Below are positions 9,063-19,168 of a stretch of DNA of 64,000 bases, piece after piece. The notes under the pieces were generated by a model. The model worked only from the letters and a program-made list of their open reading frames with translations. It made no database searches and was not told the origin of the DNA. Within the stretch, counting starts at the first letter, position 1; the number at the start of each line of letters is the position of its first letter. This stretch comes from Spirochaetia bacterium (GTDB lineage: Bacteria; Spirochaetota; Spirochaetia; CADAEX01): positions 32,001 through 96,000 of the forward strand of contig JAZURI010000009.1 of NCBI GenBank assembly GCA_045606105.1, in the 5' to 3' direction. Position numbers and translations under genes: made by a program.

Positions 9063-10400
9063 TTAATCTGCAACTTTTTTTATGAGCATGAAGGTAATAT
9101 CGTCGGGAAGGTTTTCTTTATTATTCAGATCCAGTTTTTCTATGATGTTTTCCAGGGAATCATGCTCCTTGCTGACAAGCTCAAGCATGTAGTCCGATTT
9201 TTCCGAAACGCTTCTGTTTTCCAGAATGTCCAGGAATCCGTCTGATGCAAAGAACATTGAAAAGCTGTCCGGAAGAGGGGTTTCTCCCTGCCTGAATACG
9301 GGATTTCTGAAAAGTCCTACCGGTGTTCCCTTGTCCTCAATATAAAAGGCCTTGGTGCCGTCGTATACGGCAGGGAACGGAAACTGACCGCAGTTGGCAT
9401 ATTTCATGGTGTTGGTTTCGGTGTCTATGATACCGTAGAATATGGTCATGTACTTGCCCAGGTTCTCCCGCTTCAGGTTGCTGTTGAGTCTGCGGCATAT
9501 TTCCACCGGATCAAGTATGGTCAGGTCGTTCCTGAGGCTGTATTTCTCCAGTCTGTTGTCTATGAAATTCTTCAGAAGCACGGTAACAATGGCTGATGAG
9601 ACGCCGTGTCCCGATACGTCAGCCATGTAGAAGCCGATATACCTGTTCCCGATCTCGAAGTAATCCACGAAATCCCCGCTGAGGGTGAGGGACGGAAAAA
9701 GCTTTCTTGAAAAGTTGTAGCTTCCTATGGTTTTTTCCTGGTCCGGGAGAATCCTGAACTGCATCTTTTTCCCCGCATCCTGGTCTGACTGAAGGATTTC
9801 CAGGGCATCGCTGAGCTTCCTGTTGGTTTCTTTCAGTTCCGCAACCCGTTCGGCCACCATCTGTTCCAGCTCATTGTTCATGTTCCTCATGGCCATGATA
9901 TATTCGTAGTTCCTGAATGCCACTATGACACAGGTAATGAGCTTCTGTGCCGACATTTCAGTCTTTTCCTTGTAATCGTTTATGTCGTAGGAGATGATTA
10001 CTTCCTGCTCAGGTGCATATCCCGGCTGTCCTGTCCTGAGAATAATCCTGATGTCGGAATTGTTCATGATGTTGCGGATATACTCCACCAGACGGAGTCC
10101 TGCGTCGTCCTCCTCCATAACCACATCCACCAGCGCCAGACAGATGTCCGGGTTCTCGGCCAGTACCTTCTTGGCCTCCAGTGCAGAGTATGCGTTGTAG
10201 AATTTTATCTTTTTTCCTTTGAAGACAACTCCCCTGAGTACAAGCTCCGTAACGGTATGGACCTGTGGCTCGTCATCCACCACCATGACTTTCCAGAAGT
10301 CCTCCTGTGAGTCTTCAAGGTTTTCCGGGGCTGCTTCCGTTTCTTCGTCCCGGAACTGGATTTCATCCGCAAAAATCAGTTCATCGTCCTGAGGGTTCAC
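9063..10400 (-). CDS. Response regulator with PP2C/SpoIIE phosphatase domain (RssB/RsbU-like)
   Basis: REC domain (VVDDE, LVDVVM, RTGQPG), coiled coil, SGDFVD, ADVSGHG, SDG, PDDIT; GTG start at 10400 with SD GGAG. Confidence 0.9.
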   Translation of the reverse strand: MNPQDDELIFADEIQFRDEETEAAPENLEDSQEDFWKVMVVDDEPQVHTVTELVLRGVVFKGKKIKFYNAYSALEAKKVLAENPDICLALVDVVMEEDDAGLRLVEYIRNIMNNSDIRIILRTGQPGYAPEQEVIISYDINDYKEKTEMSAQKLITCVIVAFRNYEYIMAMRNMNNELEQMVAERVAELKETNRKLSDALEILQSDQDAGKKMQFRILPDQEKTIGSYNFSRKLFPSLTLSGDFVDYFEIGNRYIGFYMADVSGHGVSSAIVTVLLKNFIDNRLEKYSLRNDLTILDPVEICRRLNSNLKRENLGKYMTIFYGIIDTETNTMKYANCGQFPFPAVYDGTKAFYIEDKGTPVGLFRNPVFRQGETPLPDSFSMFFASDGFLDILENRSVSEKSDYMLELVSKEHDSLENIIEKLDLNNKENLPDDITFMLIKKVAD

Positions 10401-10534
10401 CTGTATATCTCCGTAGAAAAAAATTATAATATCCCATTTTTCATAAGTCAAGTAAAATCAGTTGGGTTATATTATGGTTGACACAAAGGCCCTTTTTTGG
10501 ATATAAAATATAATCTTAGGAATATAATATAAAA

Positions 10535-11863
10535 ATGCTGGACGGAATTTCTAACAAATTTAGTGACTTGATAAAAAGAATCTCAGGCAAATCCTCCATT
10601 ACCGAAAAGAATGTTCAGGATGCCGTAGAAGAGATTAAGATTGCTCTCCTTGATGCAGACGTAAACCTCCGTGTTGTACGCCGTTTCATCAATTCCACAT
10701 TGGAAGAGGCAGTAGGTGAGAAGGTTCTCAAATCTGTTAACCCGGGTCAGCAGTTCACCAAGATCGTCTATGACAAGATGGTATCCTTTCTGGGAGACGA
10801 GAAACAGGGTCTCCAGCTGAAGGGTCCGGATACGGTTTCAGGTATCCTCATGCTGGGGCTCCAGGGTTCCGGTAAGACAACAGCATCGGCAAAGCTTGCC
10901 AACAGGCTGAAGAACGAGGGAAGAAAGGTTCTCCTTGTTGCTGCAGACCTTGTAAGACCTGCGGCGGTTGAACAGCTGAAGGTTCTGGGAAGCCAGATCG
11001 GTGTGGAGGTATACAGCGAGGAAACAAAAAATCCGGTGGCAGTGGTAAAGAATGCCCTTGCCTATGCAAGAAAGAACCAGTTCAGTGTTCTTATTGCCGA
11101 TACCTCAGGTCGTCTCCATCTTGATGATGATATGATGAAGGAGCTGGAATCCATAAGAAAGGTTCTGGACCCTGTTGAGGCTCTTCTGGTTGCCGATGCC
11201 ATGACAGGTCAGCATGCAGTTGACATTGCCAAGGAATTCAATGAAAGAATCGGTATCAGCGGTATTATCCTCAGCAAGTTCGACTCAGATACCAGGGGCG
11301 GTGCCGCACTTTCACTCAAGACCATTACCGGAAAGCCTATAAAGTTCATAGGTACCGGAGAAAAAATACAGGATCTGGATGCATTCTATCCGGATCGTAT
11401 CGCATCAAGAATCCTGGGAATGGGAGATATTGTTTCCTTCGTTGAAAAGGCTCAGGAGACGGTGGATGCGGCAGAGGCTGCAAAGCTTCAGGAAAAAATA
11501 GAAAAAGCTTCCTTTACATTGGAGGATTATCTGGAGCAGTTCGGAAGAATCCGCAAGATGGGCAGTCTTAAATCGGTGGTTGACATGCTTCCGGGGCTCA
11601 AGGGCAACATCGATGAAGACAAGCTGGATGACAGGGAGATGAAAAGGGAAGAGGCCATGATTCTTTCCATGACAAAGATGGAAAGGCAGAATCATCGTAT
11701 CATCGGTCCTTCAAGAAGGAAGAGAATTGCCAAGGGAAGCGGTGTTTCCGTGGCCGAGGTAAACAGTTTCCTTAAAAAATTTGATAAAACAAGGCTTATG
11801 ATGAAAAAAGTCTCAAAAAATAAAAAATATCAAGCTGATCTGATGTCCAGGTTCGGTGGTTAA
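10535..11863 (+). CDS. ffh: Signal recognition particle protein Ffh
   Basis: GLQGSGKTT, DTSGRL, SKFDSDTRGG, M domain. Confidence 0.98.
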   Translation: MLDGISNKFSDLIKRISGKSSITEKNVQDAVEEIKIALLDADVNLRVVRRFINSTLEEAVGEKVLKSVNPGQQFTKIVYDKMVSFLGDEKQGLQLKGPDTVSGILMLGLQGSGKTTASAKLANRLKNEGRKVLLVAADLVRPAAVEQLKVLGSQIGVEVYSEETKNPVAVVKNALAYARKNQFSVLIADTSGRLHLDDDMMKELESIRKVLDPVEALLVADAMTGQHAVDIAKEFNERIGISGIILSKFDSDTRGGAALSLKTITGKPIKFIGTGEKIQDLDAFYPDRIASRILGMGDIVSFVEKAQETVDAAEAAKLQEKIEKASFTLEDYLEQFGRIRKMGSLKSVVDMLPGLKGNIDEDKLDDREMKREEAMILSMTKMERQNHRIIGPSRRKRIAKGSGVSVAEVNSFLKKFDKTRLMMKKVSKNKKYQADLMSRFGG

Positions 11864-11887
11864 GACAGCTTGCAGGAGGAAGTTGAA

Positions 11888-12136
11888 GTGAGCGTAAAAA
11901 TCAGACTTAAACGTTTTGGAACAAAGAAAAGAGTTTACTACAGATTGGTTGTTATCGATTCAAGAGCACCAAGAGACGGAAAAACTATTGAAGAAGTAGG
12001 ACAGTATCGTCCGGTTGAACCTGAAAATCAGGTAACACTTGATGCAGAAAGAATCAAGGAATGGATTGCAAAGGGTGCTTTGCCAAGTCAGACAGTTAAG
12101 AAACTCCTTAACAAGCAGAATATTGCTGTAAAATAA
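11888..12136 (+). CDS. rpsP: 30S ribosomal protein S16
   Basis: VKIRLKRFG..YRLVVIDSRAPRDG; GTG start after SD GGAGG. Confidence 0.97.
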   Translation: MSVKIRLKRFGTKKRVYYRLVVIDSRAPRDGKTIEEVGQYRPVEPENQVTLDAERIKEWIAKGALPSQTVKKLLNKQNIAVK

Positions 12137-12148
12137 TCGGAGTAACCA

Positions 12149-12388
12149 ATGACTTTGGAAAAGGATCTTGTAGAATATATCGCAAAATCTCTCGTGGATG
12201 ATCCTGAAAATGTTAATGTGAATATCATCGAAGGGGAAAAATCCACTATTCTCGAGCTCAAAGTTTCACAGGAAGATATCGGAAAGGTTATCGGAAAACA
12301 TGGCAGAATCGCAAAGGCTGTAAGAACAGTTCTCAGCGCAGCTGCTTCAAAGAGCGGAAAGAGGGTGGTTCTGGAAATTCTCGATTGA
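12149..12388 (+). CDS. khpA: KH-domain RNA-binding protein KhpA
   Basis: DIGKVIGKHGRIAKAVR; located between rpsP and rimM. Confidence 0.95.
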   Translation: MTLEKDLVEYIAKSLVDDPENVNVNIIEGEKSTILELKVSQEDIGKVIGKHGRIAKAVRTVLSAAASKSGKRVVLEILD

Positions 12389-12395
12389 GGCAGCC

Positions 12396-12902
12396 GTGGA
12401 AAATCAGGAGCTGATAGCAATCGGGTATATTAAGACCTCCTATGGAGTCAGAGGTTATTTTAAAGTTGCAAGCTATTCGGGTGAAACGGAGCATTTTTAC
12501 AGGCTCAGCACCGTGTGGCTGAAACGACAGGGCGTGACCAGACAGTTCGCAGTAGAAAACGTTACGGAAAAGAGCGGGGATATTCTCCTTAAGCTGAAGG
12601 GGATAGATACTCCGGAGGCTGCCAAGATGTTTGCTACATGGGATGTTACGGTACCCAGGGAATTTGCTTCTCCTCTTCAGGAGGGAGAATTTTATTTTTG
12701 TGATTTGTTCGGGAGTACCTTACTCCATGAGGGACAGAAGATGGGCGTTGTTAAATCTGTAATAGACAGCGGTGCTTCCCATCTGCTGGAAATCGAATGT
12801 GAAAAAGGGATTGTGCTTGTCCCTTTCCTTGACCGTTTTATCGGCGAGGTCGACATTCAGGGTAAGACTATCGAACTCAAGGAAACATGGTTTTTTGAAT
12901 GA
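12396..12902 (+). CDS. rimM: 16S rRNA processing protein RimM
   Basis: IGYIKTSYGVRG, EGEFYFCDL, LVPF; operon context. Confidence 0.95.
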   Translation: MENQELIAIGYIKTSYGVRGYFKVASYSGETEHFYRLSTVWLKRQGVTRQFAVENVTEKSGDILLKLKGIDTPEAAKMFATWDVTVPREFASPLQEGEFYFCDLFGSTLLHEGQKMGVVKSVIDSGASHLLEIECEKGIVLVPFLDRFIGEVDIQGKTIELKETWFFE

Positions 12903-13609
12903 AAATTACAATATTGACCCTGTTTCCCGATATAATTGAGGGGTATTTCAGAAGCTCCATAATGGCCAAGGCAGTAGAGCGGGGTATCATTTCCTACAAG
13001 GTTGTGGATATCAGGGAATTCAGCCAGGATCATTATAAAAGCTGTGATGATTATCCTTATGGTGGCGGCGCCGGAATGGTGATGAAGCCCGGACCTCTTG
13101 CCGGAGCTCTCGATTCCGTGAATGCAAAGGCCATCAGGACTATCTATCCTTCTCCCGGCGGAAAGGTTTTTAGTCAGAAATATGCATCGGCTCTTGCAGG
13201 TGAAGAAGAGCTGGTATTTATCTGCGGGCGGTACGAAGGTATTGACCAACGGATAATTGACAGTTATGTTGATGATGAGATCTGTGTGGGAGACTATGTG
13301 TTGTCTTCCGGAGAGATTGCATCGCTGGTTATTGTTGATGCTGTTTACAGGCTCCTGGACGGGGTCATAAGCAGGGAATCCCTGGAGGAGGAGAGCTTTT
13401 CCAACGGACTTCTTGAATATCCGCAGTATACCAGACCCGAGGTATTCAGGGATATGAAGGTACCGGATGTGCTTCTGTCCGGACATCATAGGAATATCAA
13501 GGAATGGAGGCTGGCCAAAAGCCTCGAAAAAACAAAAATTAACAGGCCTGATCTTCTGGGACCTGAGCACATAGGAGGAAATCATAATGGATCTGATCAA
13601 AGCAATTGA
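12899..13609 (+). CDS. trmD: tRNA (guanine-N1)-methyltransferase
   Basis: [29 protein letters not shown]. Confidence 0.98.
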   Translation: MKITILTLFPDIIEGYFRSSIMAKAVERGIISYKVVDIREFSQDHYKSCDDYPYGGGAGMVMKPGPLAGALDSVNAKAIRTIYPSPGGKVFSQKYASALAGEEELVFICGRYEGIDQRIIDSYVDDEICVGDYVLSSGEIASLVIVDAVYRLLDGVISRESLEEESFSNGLLEYPQYTRPEVFRDMKVPDVLLSGHHRNIKEWRLAKSLEKTKINRPDLLGPEHIGGNHNGSDQSN

Positions 13610-13943
13610 AGCTGAACAGATTAAAGAAAATGTAGAAACATTCAGAATCGGAGATACAGTTAAGGTATATTTCGAGATTATTGAAGGTGCTACAAAAAGA
13701 GTACAGATTTTCGAAGGTCTCTGCATTGCAAAAAACAACAGTGGAATCAGAAAGACTTTTACAATCAGAAAAATTTCATATGGAGTAGGAGTAGAAAGAG
13801 TTTTCCCATTCAGTTCTCCTAGAATCCAGAAAATTGAAATCGTTAAATTCGGTAAGGTAAGAAGAGCTAAACTTTACTACATCCGCGGAAGAGTCGGAAA
13901 AGCAGCAAAGGTTAAAGAGCTCATCAAGAAGAAGGAAAACTGA
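13587..13943 (+). CDS. rplS: 50S ribosomal protein L19
   Basis: [27 protein letters not shown]. Confidence 0.98.
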   Translation: MDLIKAIEAEQIKENVETFRIGDTVKVYFEIIEGATKRVQIFEGLCIAKNNSGIRKTFTIRKISYGVGVERVFPFSSPRIQKIEIVKFGKVRRAKLYYIRGRVGKAAKVKELIKKKEN

Positions 13944-13980
13944 TTATTTCAGACCTTTTTTTAAAAATCAAATTCCTCAT

Positions 13981-14019
13981 CAGCAAATTTGTCCTGGACA
14001 GGGCAGATTTGTTGTTTTT
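13981..14019 (+). terminator. Intrinsic terminator after rplS
   Basis: 15-bp stem CAGCAAATTTGTCCT/AGGGCAGATTTGTTG (with G-U pairs) followed by T run. Confidence 0.7.
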
Positions 14020-14037
14020 ATACGATAGCACCGAAAA

Positions 14038-14397
14038 ATGTTGAGTTCTGCGGCAAAAGGTAAACAGGGAGAAGAGAGGGCGGAGGAGTATCTCAGAGGC
14101 CTCGGCTATGTTCCGGTTGCCAGGAATTTCAGGGCATATCAGGGAGAGGTGGACCTTGTCATGAAAGATGGAAACGATCTGGTTTTCGTCGAGGTGAAGG
14201 CCTGGAAAAACATTCCTGAAACTGATCTGGAATACAGTATCGACAGGCGTAAGCAGGGAAAAATAATCAGGACTGCCGGGGTTTTTATGGAAAGAAACAG
14301 AAATATCCGGGAGGGCTGCAATATCCGTTTCGATGTGATATTCATTGACGGCTGCGGAAAAATTTCCCATCTGAAGGATGTTATCGGGGAATTCTGA
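14038..14397 (+). CDS. yraN: YraN family (UPF0102) endonuclease-fold protein
   Basis: GKQGEERA, RNFR..GEVDLV, FVEVK, RFDVI. Confidence 0.92.
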   Translation: MLSSAAKGKQGEERAEEYLRGLGYVPVARNFRAYQGEVDLVMKDGNDLVFVEVKAWKNIPETDLEYSIDRRKQGKIIRTAGVFMERNRNIREGCNIRFDVIFIDGCGKISHLKDVIGEF

Positions 14398-14422
14398 CTG
14401 AAGGAAAACAGGGGGTGCAGAG

Positions 14423-14791
14423 ATGAAAATGAGACGCCGTGACAACAGACAAAGACACAACAACCATAAAGGAAGGGAAATAGGTATCATCTATCCTGAG
14501 AAGGAGGAGCTTACCTGTGCCATCTGCGGTGAAATCATAGACAGGACTGCGGAAAGTCTTTCCATGCCCGATTCCGGAGAGCCTGCCCACTTCGACTGCG
14601 TTATCAAGGAGTTCGAAAAAACTGAGGAACTCAGCGACGGTGAGGTGATTGCATACCTGGGAAGCGGAAATTTCGGGATCATAAAGAAGAATCGTCAGGC
14701 TCCGGCCGGATTTGAAATCCACAAGAAGCTTGATTTTGAAAACAAGGAAAAAATAGGAGAGTGGAGAAAAAAACTCTCTTACAAGTTATAA
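14423..14791 (+). CDS. Hypothetical protein with basic N-terminus and CxxC...HxxC zinc finger
   Basis: CAICGE...AHFDC; YLGSGNFG; SD GGGGG. Confidence 0.7.
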   Translation: MKMRRRDNRQRHNNHKGREIGIIYPEKEELTCAICGEIIDRTAESLSMPDSGEPAHFDCVIKEFEKTEELSDGEVIAYLGSGNFGIIKKNRQAPAGFEIHKKLDFENKEKIGEWRKKLSYKL

Positions 14792-14805
14792 AAATAAAAA
14801 AATTG

Positions 14806-14834
14806 TTGACATATAAAATAAATAAAAGTAAAAT
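14806..14834 (+). promoter_or_regulatory. Sigma70-type promoter of the small Zn-ribbon gene
   Basis: TTGACA-17 nt-TAAAAT with A-rich upstream element. Confidence 0.65.
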
Positions 14835-14865
14835 AAATCATAATAATTAAATTTTATCGGAGTTA

Positions 14866-15078
14866 ATGGAAATGAGTTTCAAAGACGTTATTGCTATTGG
14901 TATTCTCGTTGGTATTCTTTCTTTGGTATTCATCTGGAAATGTAAGATGGCTGCCAGAAATGTAAAATGCAATGCTTGTGGAAAAGTAGTAAACAAGGAT
15001 GAGTGGGATCACTTTGAACACTGCCCTGACTGCAAACACACAGAATGCACAGCAGTTACAAAAAACAAGAAAAAATAA
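14866..15078 (+). CDS. Small membrane-anchored zinc-ribbon protein
   Basis: N-terminal TM helix, CNAC...CPDC; SD GGAG; own promoter and terminator. Confidence 0.75.
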   Translation: MEMSFKDVIAIGILVGILSLVFIWKCKMAARNVKCNACGKVVNKDEWDHFEHCPDCKHTECTAVTKNKKK

Positions 15079-15095
15079 TTTTTACTTGTTTCTGA

Positions 15096-15124
15096 AAGGA
15101 CCGGTTCTGCCGGTCTTTTTTTTT
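15096..15124 (+). terminator. Intrinsic terminator
   Basis: AAGGACCGG-TTCTG-CCGGTC followed by T9. Confidence 0.8.
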
Positions 15125-15135
15125 GGTTGATATCT

Positions 15136-15642
15136 ATGAAAGTTAATGTTGTTCTGCTTGAACCCGAAATTCCCCAGAATACGGGAAACATAGCCCGTAC
15201 CTGTGCCGCCACCGGAGCTTCTCTTCATCTTATCAAGCCTCTGGGTTTTGTACTGGAGGACAGGTACCTGAAAAGGGCCGGTCTGGATTACTGGCCCCTT
15301 ACCCACATATCCGTATATGAAAATATAGAAGAATTCTATTCAAAAAACGGAAGGGACAACTGTTTTTATGTTACCACGAAAGGGCTGGGAAACTATTCCG
15401 AGGTGAATTATCCCGATGAGGTATTCATCTTTTTCGGCAAGGAAACCAGAGGTCTGCCCGAAGAGCTGCTGGCGGCCAACAAGGAGCGCTGTGTCAGGAT
15501 TCCCATGGTGGAGGAGGCCCGTTCCCTCAATCTCTCAAATGCAGTTGCCGTAGTGGTTTACGACATATTCAGACAGCAAGGTTTTAAGGGTCTTAAGCAG
15601 CAGGGACAATTGACCCAGTTCAGTTGGAGTGATATAGTTTAA
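15136..15642 (+). CDS. trmL: tRNA (cytidine/uridine-2'-O)-methyltransferase TrmL
   Basis: [36 protein letters not shown]. Confidence 0.95.
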   Translation: MKVNVVLLEPEIPQNTGNIARTCAATGASLHLIKPLGFVLEDRYLKRAGLDYWPLTHISVYENIEEFYSKNGRDNCFYVTTKGLGNYSEVNYPDEVFIFFGKETRGLPEELLAANKERCVRIPMVEEARSLNLSNAVAVVVYDIFRQQGFKGLKQQGQLTQFSWSDIV

Positions 15643-15644
15643 TT

Positions 15645-18059
15645 ATGAGTAAATATCCTTATGCACAAATAGAAAAGAAATGGCAGAAATATTGGGAAGA
15701 GCATAAAACCTTCCGGGCTGTGGAGGATCCTTCCATTCCGGCAGAAAAAAGAAAATATGTTCTTGATATGTTTCCTTACCCGTCAGGAGCCGGTCTCCAT
15801 GTAGGACACCCTGAGGGATATACAGCTACAGATATCTACTGCAGATATCTCAGAATGAACAGATATGCAGTGCTTCATCCCATGGGCTTTGACTCCTTCG
15901 GTCTTCCTGCAGAAAACTACGCAATCAAGACAGGAACCCATCCTGAGGTTACAACTGAAAAGAATATCGATGTATTCCGCCGTCAGATCAAGTCCCTCGG
16001 ACTCAGCTACGACTGGGACAGGGAGGTTTCAACCTGCTCCGTGGATTACTACAGATGGACTCAGTGGATTTTCCTTAAATTATATGAAAAAGGGCTTGCC
16101 TACGAATCAGAGCAGCCTATCAACTTCTGTCCTTCCTGCAAGACCGGTCTTGCAAACGAAGAGGTAAAGGAAGGGGGCTGTGAACGCTGCGGTACTCCGG
16201 TAATCAGAAAGAATATCCGTCAGTGGATGCTGAAGATCACAGCTTATGCAGATCGTCTTCTGGAGGATCTGGACGGACTCGACTGGCCTGAAGCCATCAA
16301 GGCAATGCAGAGAAACTGGATCGGAAGAAGCGAAGGTGCCGCTGTTTTCTTCAAGATAGAAAATTCAGAGGATACCCTGGAGGTTTATACAACAAGATGC
16401 GATACACTTTTTGGTGCAACCTATATGGTTATTGCTCCGGAGCATCCTCTTGCAGACAAGCTTACCACAGCAGACAGAAAGGAAGAAGTTAAGAAATACC
16501 TGGATATGGCTGCCCACAAGTCAGATCTGGAAAGAACAGACCTGGCCAAGGACAAGACCGGTGTATTTACCGGTTCCTATGCCATCAACCCTGTAAACGG
16601 TGAAAAGATTCCGATCTGGATTGCAGACTATGTTCTCATTTCCTACGGTACCGGTGCCATCATGGCAGTTCCGGCCCATGACGACAGGGACTGGGAATTT
16701 GCAAAGAAGTTCAACCTCCCTATCATTGAGGTTCTCAGATCAGAGGTTGATATCCAGCAGCAGGCATGGACAGAGGACGGAGAGCATGTGAACTCACAGT
16801 GGCTTGACGGTCTCAACAAGAAGGATGCCATCGACAGGATGCTGGAGTTCCTTGAAAAGAACAACTGCGGCCACAAGGCTGTAAACTATAAGCTCAGGGA
16901 CTGGATCTTCTCACGCCAGCGCTACTGGGGAGAGCCTATTCCTGTGGTTCATTGTCCTAAGTGCGGAAATGTTCCTCTCGATGAAAAGGATCTGCCTCTT
17001 ACACTGCCTGAGGTACAGAGCTATCTTCCTACAGGTACCGGAGAATCGCCTCTGGCTGCCATCGAGGATTGGGTAAACACCACCTGTCCTGTATGCGGTG
17101 CCCCTTCCAAGAGAGAAATCAATACTATGCCTCAGTGGGCCGGCTCCTGCTGGTACTATCTCAGGTATATCGACCCTAAGAACACAGAGCAGTTTGTTGC
17201 CCCTGAGAAGGAAAAATACTGGATGCCGGTAGACCTTTATGTAGGTGGTGCTGAGCATGCCGTTCTCCATCTTCTCTATGCACGCTTCTGGCACAAGGTT
17301 CTCTACGATTTCGGTCTGGTTACAACCAAGGAGCCATTCCAGAGACTGGTTAACCAGGGAATGATTCTGGGTGAGGGTGGCGTGAAGATGTCCAAGAGCC
17401 TCGGAAACGTTATCAATCCGGACGAGGTAATCAGGGATTTCGGTGCCGATTCAATGCGTCTTTATGAAATGTTCATGGGACCTCTCAGTGTTTCCAAACC
17501 ATGGTCCACCACAGGAATTACCGGTGTTTACCGCTTCCTTGACAGGATCTGGAGAATTTCTGAGGACAAGAAATTCACTGACGGCAAGGCCCCTGCAGAG
17601 CTTGAAAGACTGCTTCACAAGACAATCAAGAAGGTTTCCAACGATACTGCAAACCTTGAGTTCAATACAGCTATTGCCCAGATGATGATTTTCATCAACG
17701 AGGTTAACCGCCACGAGGAAATTCCTGCAGACATGTGGGAAAAATTCCTTATGCTCCTTAACCCATATGCTCCGCATCTTGCAGAAGAGCTCTGGGAAAG
17801 AATGGGACATGATAATTCCATCGCTCTTGAGCAGTGGCCTGAATGGGACGAAGCCCTTACAATCGAGGACAAGGTTACTGTTGTTGTTCAGATCAACAGC
17901 AAGAACAGAAGCCAGCTTGAGCTTCCAAAGGGAGTTTCCAAGGATGTTATCGAGAAAGAGGCTCTTGCAAACAGCAGAATCAAGGAGCTTCTTGAAGGAA
18001 AGACAATAATCAAGACTATTGTAGTTCCTGAAAAGCTTGTTAACTTTGTTGTAAGATAA
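15645..18059 (+). CDS. leuS: Leucine--tRNA ligase
   Basis: [14 protein letters not shown] (HIGH), KMSKS, CP1 editing [12 protein letters not shown]. Confidence 0.98.
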   Translation: MSKYPYAQIEKKWQKYWEEHKTFRAVEDPSIPAEKRKYVLDMFPYPSGAGLHVGHPEGYTATDIYCRYLRMNRYAVLHPMGFDSFGLPAENYAIKTGTHPEVTTEKNIDVFRRQIKSLGLSYDWDREVSTCSVDYYRWTQWIFLKLYEKGLAYESEQPINFCPSCKTGLANEEVKEGGCERCGTPVIRKNIRQWMLKITAYADRLLEDLDGLDWPEAIKAMQRNWIGRSEGAAVFFKIENSEDTLEVYTTRCDTLFGATYMVIAPEHPLADKLTTADRKEEVKKYLDMAAHKSDLERTDLAKDKTGVFTGSYAINPVNGEKIPIWIADYVLISYGTGAIMAVPAHDDRDWEFAKKFNLPIIEVLRSEVDIQQQAWTEDGEHVNSQWLDGLNKKDAIDRMLEFLEKNNCGHKAVNYKLRDWIFSRQRYWGEPIPVVHCPKCGNVPLDEKDLPLTLPEVQSYLPTGTGESPLAAIEDWVNTTCPVCGAPSKREINTMPQWAGSCWYYLRYIDPKNTEQFVAPEKEKYWMPVDLYVGGAEHAVLHLLYARFWHKVLYDFGLVTTKEPFQRLVNQGMILGEGGVKMSKSLGNVINPDEVIRDFGADSMRLYEMFMGPLSVSKPWSTTGITGVYRFLDRIWRISEDKKFTDGKAPAELERLLHKTIKKVSNDTANLEFNTAIAQMMIFINEVNRHEEIPADMWEKFLMLLNPYAPHLAEELWERMGHDNSIALEQWPEWDEALTIEDKVTVVVQINSKNRSQLELPKGVSKDVIEKEALANSRIKELLEGKTIIKTIVVPEKLVNFVVR

Positions 18060-19168
18060 TGAAGGAATTTTACTCCGATCGTCGTAAGAAAGTATCCTCT
18101 CTGCTTGCCGGAGAGGGTATAACTCTTCTTGTGCTCTGTGACAGGGAAGGAATGCGCAATGCCAATATCCGGTACCTGACAGGGCATCCCTCAGATGCAG
18201 TTCTTTTTATTTTTGCCGACGGGGAAAGCATTCTCCTGCCGTGGGATATGAATCTTGCGGAAAAGATGGCTTTCTGCGACAGCATCAGACCCTATAACAA
18301 CTACGGACGGGATCTTTACCGGGCCGTAATGGGGATAATCGGGGAAAAGGAGCTGAAGGACGGAGCAGGAATCGAGCTTCCGGCCCTGATACCCTATCCT
18401 GAGTTCATGAAATATAAGGAAAACAAGGATTTCCGTTTCATCTGCCGGGATGCAGACTTTGATGCCCATATCAAGAAAATGCGCCGTATCAAGGATAAGG
18501 CCGAGCTGGATATACTCAGGACAGGGGCTGCAATTACCGACGATATCATCAATAAAATCGAAGCTGCCGTCAGGAGCGGTGATACCACCGAGGCAGACAT
18601 AGCTCTTCTTATAGACCGGGAGGCAAGGCTTGCCGGTGCAGAGGGACTGGGCTTTGAGACCCTGGTTGCAGGACCGGGAAGAAGCAACAATATCCATGCA
18701 TTCCCTTCCTATACGGGAGCCTCTTTTCCCGGAGACGGACTTTCAATAATAGATTTCGGTGTCAGGAAGGATGGATATACCACCGATGTGACACTGACCA
18801 TCACAAGAAACCTGAGCAGGGAACAGCAGCAGATGGTTCTTATTATCGAGAATACCGTAAAGATAGCCGAAAAATGCATTTGTCACGGAGCCTCCATAAA
18901 CGACCTTGCCTCTGCCGTATCAGGCTTCATCAAGGCCAACGGATATGAGATGCCCCATTCCCTGGGACACGGAATCGGACTTGATATCCATGAGATGCCT
19001 TTCCTGAACAAACGGGAAGCAGATACCATGATGGAGGCCGGCATGGTTTTCACCATTGAACCGGGTATCTATACACCGACACAGGGCGGCATAAGGCTTG
19101 AAAACGATTATCTTGTTACAAAACAAGGATTTGAAAGACTTACCAATTCCCGCTTAATCCGCCTCTGA
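18059..19168 (+). CDS. Xaa-Pro peptidase (M24 family)
   Basis: DFG..YTTDVT, HSLGHGIGLDIHE, TIEPGIY, GIRLEND. Confidence 0.92.
   Translation: MKEFYSDRRKKVSSLLAGEGITLLVLCDREGMRNANIRYLTGHPSDAVLFIFADGESILLPWDMNLAEKMAFCDSIRPYNNYGRDLYRAVMGIIGEKELKDGAGIELPALIPYPEFMKYKENKDFRFICRDADFDAHIKKMRRIKDKAELDILRTGAAITDDIINKIEAAVRSGDTTEADIALLIDREARLAGAEGLGFETLVAGPGRSNNIHAFPSYTGASFPGDGLSIIDFGVRKDGYTTDVTLTITRNLSREQQQMVLIIENTVKIAEKCICHGASINDLASAVSGFIKANGYEMPHSLGHGIGLDIHEMPFLNKREADTMMEAGMVFTIEPGIYTPTQGGIRLENDYLVTKQGFERLTNSRLIRL

Noticed and set aside
12857-13738. 293-aa antisense ORF
   Set aside because: Lies opposite trmD/rplS; no independent evidence.
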